From: Vulcanimicrobiota bacterium
GTDB lineage: Bacteria > Vulcanimicrobiota > Xenobia > Xenobiales > JADMJV01
Direction of reading: 5' to 3'
Length of the DNA: 64,000 bases
NCBI GenBank assembly: GCA_050250895.1
Contig: JBFWNU010000004.1
Location: forward strand, 654,934 to 718,933
A model generated the notes under the pieces. It searched no databases. It saw only the letters and a program-made list of their open reading frames with translations, and was not told where the DNA came from. Position 1 is the stretch's first letter. Every line of letters begins with the position of its first letter. A program made the translations under genes and the position numbers. Below are positions 27,818 through 36,800 of the stretch, piece by piece.

Positions 27818-28100
27818 CTAGAGGGGGATCCCTCGCCAGGGTCTGGGCTTTATTCGCTTCTGAAAGGCCAGGATCGCCTGGCCGACCTCTTCGATGGTGT
27901 GGGTGGCCCAGATCTGGTCGAGGTAGAGGCACCGTTCGGCGACCCCGTCGAGTTCGAAGCACCAGGTAGAGGCCCAACTCGCGCAGGCGAAAGTAGAGGG
28001 GAAGCCCGGCGAAGACGTCATAGCCTCCGCCGGCGCCAGCGATGAGGATACTCGAGCAGTCTTTTAGACGAGAGAAAAGCGGATGGCAATCGACGTTCAT
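27818..28100 (-). pseudogene. DUF1152-family remnant (N- and C-termini only)
   Basis: ILIAGAGGGYDVFAGLPL is fused out of frame to WCFELDGVAERCLYLD...RPWRGIPL. Confidence 0.7.
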
Positions 28101-28148
28101 TGAGCCGATCTGTCTACGCCAGAAGCGAAGCGCTCCTTCTATCCAGAG

Positions 28149-29171
28149 TTAGCCCCAGGGAACGGCGCGCCGTTCTTGATGGCTGAGCGTCGCGAGCTCG
28201 AGCCCACGGATAACCCGGGCCGCCTGGGCGCCGGTGACAGCCGGCTGGCGGCCGCCGCGAACGGCGGCCACGAAAGCGCGATAGAAGGCAGGATAGTCTC
28301 CGGGCAGGGTCTCGACCAGGCGTTCCCCGGCGGGCATCACCAGCCGGCCCCAGGCCGAGCAAGGCTCCTTCCCCCAGTCGCTCCCCCGGGGCAGCTGACC
28401 GGCCTTGAGGGCATCTTCTTGGGGGTCGAGGCCAAACTTGACATACGAGCCCTGATCGCCGTGGAGGAGAAAGCGGGGGCCCGCCAGACAGGCCAGGCAG
28501 CTCGACTTGAGGGTCACTTTCAGGTCGGCATAGCCGCACACCAACTCGAAGTGGTCTACCGCCGGACCGCCTCGCTGAGCGCGCAGGTCGGCCCACACCC
28601 AGTCGGGGGTTCCGAACAGCACCAGTGCCTGGTCGAGCAAGTGCGAACCAAGGTCGTAGAGCACGCCGGAGCCGGGCTGGTCCTGCTCGCGCCAAACACC
28701 CTTGAGCTCGGGACGAAAGCGATCGAAGTGGCTCTCGAACTCGACCAGCCGCCCCACAAGACCCTCATCGACGAGCTTGCGCACGGTCAGAAAGTCGCCG
28801 TCCCAGCGGCGGTTGTGAAACACTCCCAACACCCTGTTGTGGGCCTGGGCGGTGGCGACCAGGCCCTCGGCCTCGGCACTGGTTACCGTGAACGGCTTGT
28901 CCACCACCACGTGCTTGCCCGCCTCTAGGGCCTGACGAGCCAACTCGCAGTGGCTCTGGTTGGGAGTGAGCACCACCACCACTTCGACCTCGGTCTCGAG
29001 CAGTTCGGCCAGCGAGCGAACCACCGTGACCTCGGGATAGAGCTGCTGGGAACGGTTGGCGTGGCGCTCGACCACGTGGGTAAGGCTCAGACCAGGCTCG
29101 ACCGTCATGAGAGGAGCGTGGAAACGTTCGGCCACCATTCCGAAACCGACCAGTCCAACAGAGAGAGGCAT
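28149..29171 (-). CDS. Gfo/Idh/MocA oxidoreductase (YdgJ-like)
   Basis: VGLVGFG, HVVVDKP, VFHNRRWDGDF, GVLYDLGSHLLDQ. Confidence 0.93.
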   Translation of the reverse strand: MPLSVGLVGFGMVAERFHAPLMTVEPGLSLTHVVERHANRSQQLYPEVTVVRSLAELLETEVEVVVVLTPNQSHCELARQALEAGKHVVVDKPFTVTSAEAEGLVATAQAHNRVLGVFHNRRWDGDFLTVRKLVDEGLVGRLVEFESHFDRFRPELKGVWREQDQPGSGVLYDLGSHLLDQALVLFGTPDWVWADLRAQRGGPAVDHFELVCGYADLKVTLKSSCLACLAGPRFLLHGDQGSYVKFGLDPQEDALKAGQLPRGSDWGKEPCSAWGRLVMPAGERLVETLPGDYPAFYRAFVAAVRGGRQPAVTGAQAARVIRGLELATLSHQERRAVPWG

Positions 29172-29240
29172 CTTCGGCCGTTCGCTGCTCGGGCTGGCTT
29201 ACCCCCGTCGCGCTGGTCCGCGTCAACCCAGGCGACGCCA

Positions 29241-29254
29241 CTTCCAGCTGGAAG
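29241..29254. repeat. dispersed palindrome CTTCCAGCTGGAAG
   Basis: Intergenic copy of the array core. Confidence 0.8.
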
Positions 29255-29271
29255 ACGGAGGTCCCATTGGT

Positions 29272-29694
29272 CTACATCATCTCGGAATTGCCCTCGGCGT
29301 GGTAGGGTTCGAGGAGCCTGGACGGCGCCTTGCCGCCGCCCGGGGGGTCCCAGGTGTTCGAGGCCCAGACGGCGCGACGGCCGGGCTCGTAGAGGACGAG
29401 GTTACCGTCATTCTGCATCACGAGATAAGCGCCCGGGTAGCGCCAGGTGTCGGTGGCCCAGAGCGGACGGCCGGCGGGCGAGTAGATCACGAAATTGCCG
29501 TCGGCTTGCATGACGGCGTGGCTGACGGGCTGGTTGAACAGGTCGGTAGTGCCCAGAACCCTCCAGGTCGGGGTGTGATAAATGACCAGGTTGCCGTCGC
29601 TTTGCATGACGGTCGTGTAAAGGCCATTGGTCGAGGTGATTCGTTCGTCACCGGAGGCTTGCAAAAACTCCCCGGGCAGCAGTCGGTCCGCCAT
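29272..29694 (-). CDS. bulb-type (GNA) mannose-binding lectin, single domain
   Basis: Three intact QxDxNxVxY sites; SD GGAGG; no signal peptide. Confidence 0.9.
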   Translation of the reverse strand: MADRLLPGEFLQASGDERITSTNGLYTTVMQSDGNLVIYHTPTWRVLGTTDLFNQPVSHAVMQADGNFVIYSPAGRPLWATDTWRYPGAYLVMQNDGNLVLYEPGRRAVWASNTWDPPGGGKAPSRLLEPYHAEGNSEMM

Positions 29695-29774
29695 TTTAGA
29701 AATTCCTCCGGTGAGTGCTTCCTCACCTGGCGCGCGCCCCCTCCAGAATAGACCGCCGCGCTCTCTGAGCAGCT

Positions 29775-29812
29775 TTCAGTTGAATTTGAGGCCGATCTCA
29801 TAACCTGGCGAG
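29775..29812 (+). promoter_or_regulatory. direct-repeat promoter (candidate regulon motif)
   Basis: TTCAG-N6-TTGAG-N10-TAACCT-N6-GTG. Confidence 0.72.
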
Positions 29813-30655
29813 GTGCAGGGTTCGTCCGTCAAAGCCGCCCATCAGCTCGCCCAGCGAGGCTGGCGCTTCACCGTGCCCGGTTCTCGGGGCCCGTTTGACG
29901 ATCCCATCGAGTATTCACCCGATCGCGTCTGCCAGAGTATCGAGGGCAACCGCTATTTGATCATGCGCGGACCCGACGGAACGGCTCTCAGAGCCTACTC
30001 TCCGCTCTATGTCGAGGCCGCCGAGCAACTCTATGGAGGCAACTGCTCGGACCGCCTCAACCTCGAGCAGCTGACCCAAGGCAATCGCCAGCTCGGTCTG
30101 CGAGTAGCCGCCCAGCTCCTCGGCAACCCGGGATTGACGGTCGAGATGGCCCTGGCCGAGCTAGCCTTCAGCGAGTCACTGACCAGCCAGCAGTCTGACC
30201 AGGAAGAAGCAGCTGGCGCGGCCTTCGCGATGGTCACAAAGCCGGTCGAAGGAACCACTCAGACCGAGCGCCAGCAGCTATTCACAGAACTTCACCAGGG
30301 AGTCAGCCAGAACTTTCGCCCCGAGGTCTACCAGCGCTCTTTAGACCACACTCAAAGGCTGTACGAGTTGCTCACCGCCAAACCGCCGGCTCGACTAGAC
30401 GAGGTGACTTCGGTCATGGCCAACCTGGTGACTCGCCTCGATCCCAAGGACTGGAAGCTTGCCGTCGAGGCCACCGCCCGGGCTGTTGAGGGACCCAACT
30501 GGCCCGCCAGCTACCTGCGGCTCAGAGAATTGGCCCAGAGACGCCCGGTGGACGAGACGGTGGCCGGCTTGAAAGAGCTCAACCGCGGGCCGCTCGAGGT
30601 TCGTGAAGAGGTCGATGCGGTCTGGATCGGCTCGGTTCGTCTCGAACTCGACTAG
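29813..30655 (+). CDS. hypothetical helical protein with the shared C-terminal motif
   Basis: Ends VREEVDAVWIGSVRLELD; no signal peptide. Confidence 0.75.
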   Translation: MQGSSVKAAHQLAQRGWRFTVPGSRGPFDDPIEYSPDRVCQSIEGNRYLIMRGPDGTALRAYSPLYVEAAEQLYGGNCSDRLNLEQLTQGNRQLGLRVAAQLLGNPGLTVEMALAELAFSESLTSQQSDQEEAAGAAFAMVTKPVEGTTQTERQQLFTELHQGVSQNFRPEVYQRSLDHTQRLYELLTAKPPARLDEVTSVMANLVTRLDPKDWKLAVEATARAVEGPNWPASYLRLRELAQRRPVDETVAGLKELNRGPLEVREEVDAVWIGSVRLELD

Positions 30656-30669
30656 ACCACGCCCTTACC

Positions 30670-31236
30670 CTACAGGTCGTCGGGCAACCCTTGGAAGAGG
30701 GCGTTCATGTCGATGGTCACGCCGTAATCGCTCAAGTCGAAGACATCATGGGGTCCCAGGGCCGCTTCCAGACGATAGGTCTCGCCATCGAGCCGAAGAA
30801 GTTCGAAGGTCCTGGAGGCCGGGTCGAGCACTCCGTAGCGCCGCACGCCGCAGCGGGCGTAGCGGTTGAGTTTGAGGGTTCGGTCTCGGGTGGCTGTGGA
30901 GGGCGAGAGAATCTCGACCAGCAACTCCGGCACCCCTTCGATTCCTCGCCGGGTGACCAGACTTGCCTGGTCTGCGCGAAGGTAGACCAGGTCGGGCTGC
31001 ACCGGCGTGGCCCCCTCCATCAACACATCGACGGGGGCGTCATAGATCTGCCCCTTCCCTTCCAGTTCCAGCTGATAGAAGACGAACTGCAAGCGCCGCG
31101 AGAGAGTCTGATGATAGGGAGTGGGCGCTGGCGTCAGGTAGAGACGACCTTCGATGACCTCGTAGCGAATTCCGTCGTCAGGCAACTCGCGATAGTCCTC
31201 ATAGGTCCAGACCTTATCTTCGAGCGGAAGCGTCAT
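30670..31236 (-). CDS. Uma2-family endonuclease
   Basis: RYEVIEG, VQPDL, PELLVEILSPST, DRTLK..YA; leaderless TATAAT-N6-ATG. Confidence 0.9.
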   Translation of the reverse strand: MTLPLEDKVWTYEDYRELPDDGIRYEVIEGRLYLTPAPTPYHQTLSRRLQFVFYQLELEGKGQIYDAPVDVLMEGATPVQPDLVYLRADQASLVTRRGIEGVPELLVEILSPSTATRDRTLKLNRYARCGVRRYGVLDPASRTFELLRLDGETYRLEAALGPHDVFDLSDYGVTIDMNALFQGLPDDL

Positions 31237-31321
31237 GGCCTGATTATAGCATGAGCCAAAACCAAAACCGCCCGCGGCAGGTTAGAAAAGGGCAAGCTCG
31301 ACCCAACGCGAAGTTGTAGAC

Positions 31322-31678
31322 GTGACGTTCAGGCTGGTCAAATACGCGGGACTGGTGCTGATGACCCTGCTGGTCGTCGGCGCCCTCAGTCCGGCCGCGC
31401 AGGCTATGCCGATGGACTGCAGCGATATGAGCTGCTGCTGTCCCCCGGCCGATTGCCCCTGCCAGATGTCGTGCGTGCCCGACCACCGGCAAGGCGCGCT
31501 GACCACCCCGGCGGTGGCCTTTGCCAGCCCTTTGCCCGAGCGCATCTGGGGTCTTGACCCGTCAGCTCCCCTCTCGGCCTTTCGTCTCAAGCCATCGCCG
31601 CGGTCGTGCGGTCCAGGCGATGACGAGCGCGGTCTGTTGCTGACGCTGCGGCTGCCTCCCCCCCTCCGGATGAGTTAA
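31322..31678 (+). CDS. Cys-rich exported leader peptide (CruR/DUF2946-like)
   Basis: Signal/TM segment, CSDMSCCCPPADCPCQMSC, C-terminal RLPPP. Confidence 0.7.
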   Translation: MTFRLVKYAGLVLMTLLVVGALSPAAQAMPMDCSDMSCCCPPADCPCQMSCVPDHRQGALTTPAVAFASPLPERIWGLDPSAPLSAFRLKPSPRSCGPGDDERGLLLTLRLPPPLRMS

Positions 31679-31699
31679 CACCCACTCATCTTTCGGAGG
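31663..31699 (+). promoter_or_regulatory. hairpin sequestering the SD of the RND adaptor gene
   Basis: CCTCCGGATGAGT pairs with ACTCATC(TTT)CGGAGG; the GGAGG lies 5 nt before TTG 31705. Confidence 0.7.
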
Positions 31700-31704
31700 C
31701 ATCT

Positions 31705-33867
31705 TTGCGTACATATTTTCTCGTTCTGCTGGCGCTATTGCTGTTGCCGGCAGCCGCCGACACCCTCACCGTCGGCTCTTATCAGGTCGAACTCACCACC
31801 GAGCCCTCGCCGCCGGTAGTCGGCGACAACCAGCTCAGGCTAAAGGTCGTCCCACCGCCCCAATCGGTCAAAGTGACCTATGACATGGTCGGCATGTCCA
31901 TGCAGATGGACCCACCCCAGCTCCAGCCGGGCGGGCCGGGCGTGTGGCAGGGCAACTTGCTGCTCTCGATGCCCGGCCTGTGGAAGCTGACCGTCGAGAT
32001 CGAGGGCCAGACCGGCGAAGTCATGCTCAAGACCGGCGAGGGCCGGGCCCCACCCAGGCAGGCCGAAGACGGGGTCTATCAAGTGAAGGTCGACGCCCCC
32101 GAGACGGTCGGCGACACGCCGACCACGATCGAGGTGAAGACCAACGGCAAGCCGGTGGGAGGGGCCACCGTCTACGTGGGAGCGGACATGCCGGGAATGG
32201 CCATGGGTCTGCGGCCGGTCAAGGCCAACGAGGTCGAACCCGGACGCTACCAGGCGGCCGTGCCGCTCTCGATGGAGGGGCTGTGGAAGCTGACCGTCGA
32301 GGTAGACGGCCCCGAGGGACAGTCGAGCCAGCAGGTCTCGGTAGTGGTCAAGCGGGGGGGTGGCTTTCCCTGGCAATGGGTGGTGCTGCTGGCGACCGTG
32401 GTCGCCCTGATCGCCTGGCGCCCGCCCCTGTGGCAGGGGGTGCTGGTGGGATCGCTGGTACTGGTTGCCGTGCTGACCGGTGAGTATCTCGAGCGCTATC
32501 GCCCGGCCGACAAGAGCATGGGCATGCAGATGGACATGGCCGCCCCCGACATGGGGATGAACATCTCTGAAATGCAGGCTCCTGTGCCGGTGGTCATCGA
32601 GGAAGTCGAGCGCGACACGGTGGACATGACCGTCAACTATACGGGCACGGTCAGGCCGTATCTCGAAGAGACCATCTATCCTCGGGTGGAAGGGTGGTTG
32701 TTGGAGCTGCCGTTCTATCCGGGCGACCAGGTCAAGAAGGGCCAGGTGGTCGGTCGCCTCGACGATCGCGAACTCTCGCTCAAGGCACAGAAAGCCGAAG
32801 CCAGTGCGGCCGTCAGCCAGGCCCAGGCGCGGGCGGCAACCGCCGGGGCGGCCGGGTCCCGGTCCGCCGTGGAGGTGGCCCGGGCCGAACTCGAGGCTTC
32901 ACAAAAGCGAGCCGAACGAGCGCAAGCCGAAATTCACCGCACCGAAGTCGACCTCGATTATTGGCAGGGGGTGTTGCGACGCGAGAAAGAGCTGCTCGAT
33001 GCCGAGGCCGTGTCGCGTGAGGAATACGAAGAGAAAGAATCGCGCTTTGCCACCGCCAAGGTAATGCACCACCACGCCCGGGTGGACCTCGAGCGGGCTC
33101 AGGCCGAGGTCAAAGCGCAGCAGGCGGGGCTTGAGCAAGCCCGGAGTCAGGCCGAAGCGGCCAGTCTGGGGGCCGCCGCCGCCGCCGCCCAGGAGCGCCA
33201 GGCTCGGCTCGAGGCGGCCGAGCGCGAGACCGTAGCCGACTACACCGTGTTGCGAGCTGGCATTGACGGAGTCGTGACCGAACGCATCACCGATCCCGGC
33301 GGGCTGGTCCGACCGGGGACGGGTATCTTGAAGGTGGCCGACCTCGACCAGGTGCGCCTGCAATTTAGCGTCGCCGAAGAAGACCTGCCCTATCTCCGCG
33401 AGGGCACGCGGGTGACGGTGACCTCGCAGGCTCTGCGCGATGAGATAGAGACCGAGGTGACCTCGATGTTTCGAGCGGTCGACGCTCGCTCCCGCACGGG
33501 GCTGGTCGAAGCCCTGGTCAAAAACCCTGGTGGCAGGCTACTGCCAGGCTCTTACGTGGTGGGCGTCTTTGCGCTACGGCGCGAGCGGCATGTGCCGACG
33601 ATCCCGCGAGGTGCGTTGGCCAGCTACTACGGTGAGCCGTCGGTGTGGGTGGCGGTGGAACGGGCCGGGCAACTGGTGTCCCAGCGGCGGCCGATTCGGG
33701 TGGGGGCCGAGAGTGAAGAACAACTGGAGGTGCTCGACGGGCTCGAACCGGGCGACGAGGTGATCGTGGCCGGGCACCAGGGACTGGTCGAAGGTCAGCC
33801 TCTGGTCCGGGCCGAGCGAGGTGAGGGAATCTATCGCAATCTGCTGTTGCCGGAGGCTCCCCGATGA
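31705..33867 (+). CDS. efflux RND periplasmic adaptor with two N-terminal YtkA/FixH-like domains
   Basis: Two DMxGMxM...LSMxGLWKLTVE repeats; MFP motifs GDQVKKGQ, LRAGIDGVV, EVLDGLEPGDEVI. Confidence 0.88.
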   Translation: MRTYFLVLLALLLLPAAADTLTVGSYQVELTTEPSPPVVGDNQLRLKVVPPPQSVKVTYDMVGMSMQMDPPQLQPGGPGVWQGNLLLSMPGLWKLTVEIEGQTGEVMLKTGEGRAPPRQAEDGVYQVKVDAPETVGDTPTTIEVKTNGKPVGGATVYVGADMPGMAMGLRPVKANEVEPGRYQAAVPLSMEGLWKLTVEVDGPEGQSSQQVSVVVKRGGGFPWQWVVLLATVVALIAWRPPLWQGVLVGSLVLVAVLTGEYLERYRPADKSMGMQMDMAAPDMGMNISEMQAPVPVVIEEVERDTVDMTVNYTGTVRPYLEETIYPRVEGWLLELPFYPGDQVKKGQVVGRLDDRELSLKAQKAEASAAVSQAQARAATAGAAGSRSAVEVARAELEASQKRAERAQAEIHRTEVDLDYWQGVLRREKELLDAEAVSREEYEEKESRFATAKVMHHHARVDLERAQAEVKAQQAGLEQARSQAEAASLGAAAAAAQERQARLEAAERETVADYTVLRAGIDGVVTERITDPGGLVRPGTGILKVADLDQVRLQFSVAEEDLPYLREGTRVTVTSQALRDEIETEVTSMFRAVDARSRTGLVEALVKNPGGRLLPGSYVVGVFALRRERHVPTIPRGALASYYGEPSVWVAVERAGQLVSQRRPIRVGAESEEQLEVLDGLEPGDEVIVAGHQGLVEGQPLVRAERGEGIYRNLLLPEAPR

Positions 33868-36800
33868 AGATCATCCGCTGGTCGGTGGACAACCCGTTCG
33901 CCGTCATCGCCCTCTATCTCGGCCTGTTGGTGGCCGCCTGGATGGCCGCCACGCAGTTGGTGCCCACCCGCATGATGCCGTATGTCGAAAGCCCCATGAT
34001 CGGCATCATCACGCAAGCTCCGGGAATGTCGGCCGAAGAAGTCGAGACCTATATCTCAAAGCCCCTGGAAGAGCGCATGGTCGACATCAGCGGCGTCCGC
34101 TATATCCGCTCCTCTTCCACCCAGGGGATGTCCATCGTGTCGCTGGAGTTTCACTATCGCTACGACATGAAGAAGGCCCTGGCCGATACCCAGAACCAGG
34201 TTACGGCGGCCCAGAGCGACCTGCCCTATGACCCGGCCAACTTGCGTCCGCCCTGGATCTTGCCGATTGATCCCCTCAACCTGCCCGTGCTCAAGCTGGC
34301 CTTGCGGGCTCCCGAGTGGGACCCGGTGGCTCTGCGCGAGTTCGCCGACAACACCCTGGTGACGCGCCTGAAGAACGCCACCAACGTCGAGTCGGTGTAC
34401 GCCTTCGGAGGCTACAAACGCCAGGCTCAGGTGGTGGTGGACCGCGACAAACTGGCCGCCTACGGCCTCTCCATCCTGGCTCTCAAGAAGGCAATCGACG
34501 GGGCCAACCTGGACCGGTCGGCGGGCACCCTGACCTGGATGGAGGGTGAGTCGATCGTGCGTTTGACCGGTCGCTCGCGTGGAGGCGAGGGGCTGGCGGA
34601 GACGGTCGTGGGCGACTTCGGTGGTCGGCCGGTACTGCTGCGCGATGTCGCTCGCGTCGAGGACACCTTCGCCGAGCGGCGCAGCCTCTATCGCTTCAAC
34701 GGCCGCGAGGCCATCGAGGTCAACATCATCCAGCGCCCCGACGCTTCCTCGCCCGAGACCATCGCGGCCGTGCGCCACGAGCTTGACCGAATCCAGAAAG
34801 AGTATCCCAACCTCGAGTTTGAAGAGGCCTACGACAACGCCCACTTCGTCGAGATCATCAAGCACAACATGTTCGAAGAGTTGGCCGTGGGCGTGGCTCT
34901 GACCGGATTGGTCATTTTTCTCTTCCTGGGCGATTTGCGAGGAACGCTGATCGCCCTGGTCACCATCCCCACCAGTCTGGCCGTGGCCATTCTGTTGTTC
35001 GCGCCCTTTGGCTTGTCGCTCAATTCCTCGACTCTGATCGGCTTGTTGCTGGCCATCGGGCGACTGGTTGACGACTCGATCATCGACCTGCACTCGGTGG
35101 CCCGCCATCTCGAGATGGGCAAGACCCCTCGCCAGGCCGCCATCGACGGCTGCAGCGAGGTCCGTCGCTCGGTGATCGCGGCTACCGTCATGATTTGTCT
35201 GGCGATGTTGCCCCTCACCTTCTCGGGCGGGCTGACCCAGGATATGTTCGAGGGCATCGTCTGGCCTTTCTTGTTCTGCCTGGGCGCTTCGCTGGTGGTG
35301 GCTCTGACCCTGACGCCCTTGCTGGCCGCTCACCTCTATCGGGGCGATTCCACCTGGAAAGAGCGGATGGGGCCCTGGTTTGATTTCTTGGGCCGGCTCG
35401 AGAGCGGCTATGGGCGGGTCCTGGGCTGGGCCCTGGGCCATCGCGGGTTGGTGATGGCGGTGGCGGGCGTAGCCGTCTATCTGGCTCTGGCTCTGTTCCC
35501 AGCCATCGGGTATGAAATGATGCCACTGGCCGATGTGGGCCAGGCTTACGCCATGATGGAGGCTCGTCCGGGCACCTCGTTCGCTGAAACGGCCTCGATG
35601 GCCGAGCGTCTCGAGAAGCTCTTGCTCGAACAACCCGAAATCGAGAAGGTCTCGCTGCGAGTGGGCTTCGAGCCGGGCGGAACCTACTTCACCGGCTACG
35701 CCATGGGCGGGGTCAACACGGTCAACATCATGTTGACCTTTAAGGACAAGGAGAAACGCGAGCGCACCATCTGGCAAGTCGTCGATGCTGTCCACGCCGA
35801 GGCCAGGCGCACCATTCCGGGTATTCGCCGGCTGTCGATCAAAGAGATGGGCTCGGACGTCATGGCCTCGGCCATGGCACCGGTTGAACTGCTCATCTAT
35901 GGGCCCGACCTGGAGCGTCTATCGTGGCTTTCTGAGCAGACCAAAGCCATCATGGAGCGAGATTATCCCGATATCGTACAGCCGGCTACCGCCTGGGGCC
36001 TCGACCAGCCCGAGCTGCGTCTAGAAGTCGATCAGAGGCGGGCAGCCGAGCTGGGACTGACTCCCGCCCAGGTGGCTGAACAGGCCTATTACGCCTTAAA
36101 CGGCGGCCTGACGCGAGAGTTCTTCAATCCCCCTCAGGTGCGCCACTCGACCGTGCTGATTCGCTATCGCCAGGACCAGCGGCGCGGCCTCAAAGACCTC
36201 GAAAACGTGATCATTACCGCTGCTGATGGGCGGCGGGTGCCGCTCAAGAGCCTGGCCTCGATCAGCGAAGAGCGGGCACCGGCGGTCATCCAGCGAGACG
36301 GACTCCGCCGGGTCAACTCGGTGCTGGGCTACTACCGGATGGATGGCCCGGGTTCGATGCAACTGACCATGGACGTGATGATGGACAGCCTGATGCAACT
36401 TCCCTACCCGCCTGGCTACGGCATGGAACAGCGCGGCGACATGACCCAGATGATGGATTCGTTCTATCGACTGCTGTGGGGCATGGGACTGGCCCTGTTT
36501 TTCATCTATCTCTCACTGGTGATCCAGTTTCACTCGCTGACGCAACCGCTGGTGATGATGGCCGCCATTCCACTGGAGATGATCGGCGTTTTCGCCGGAC
36601 TTTTCCTGGCTGGCCAGACCTTCTCGACGGTGTCGGTGCTGGGCATCATCGTGCTCAACGGCATGGACGTGACGGCTTCGATTCTCTTGGTGGACCACAT
36701 CCTGCACCTGCGCGCGGAGGGCATCACGCGGGAAGAAGCGGTCCGTCGGGCCGGTCCGGTGCGACTGTTGCCCATTCTCATGACCGTGTTGATCACGATG

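Noticed and set aside
27222-28100. Single 292-aa fusion protein
   Set aside because: It is a chance read-through joining a DUF1152 remnant to a separate NTase gene; the linker is out-of-frame sequence.
29791-29798. Sigma-28 promoter (GCCGAT)
   Set aside because: No TAAA at the correct spacing; the site is better explained as the N10 spacer of the direct-repeat promoter.
34056-35795. 579-aa antisense ORF (also 59344-61296 and similar)
   Set aside because: Shadow frames of well-supported genes, caused by GC3 bias.
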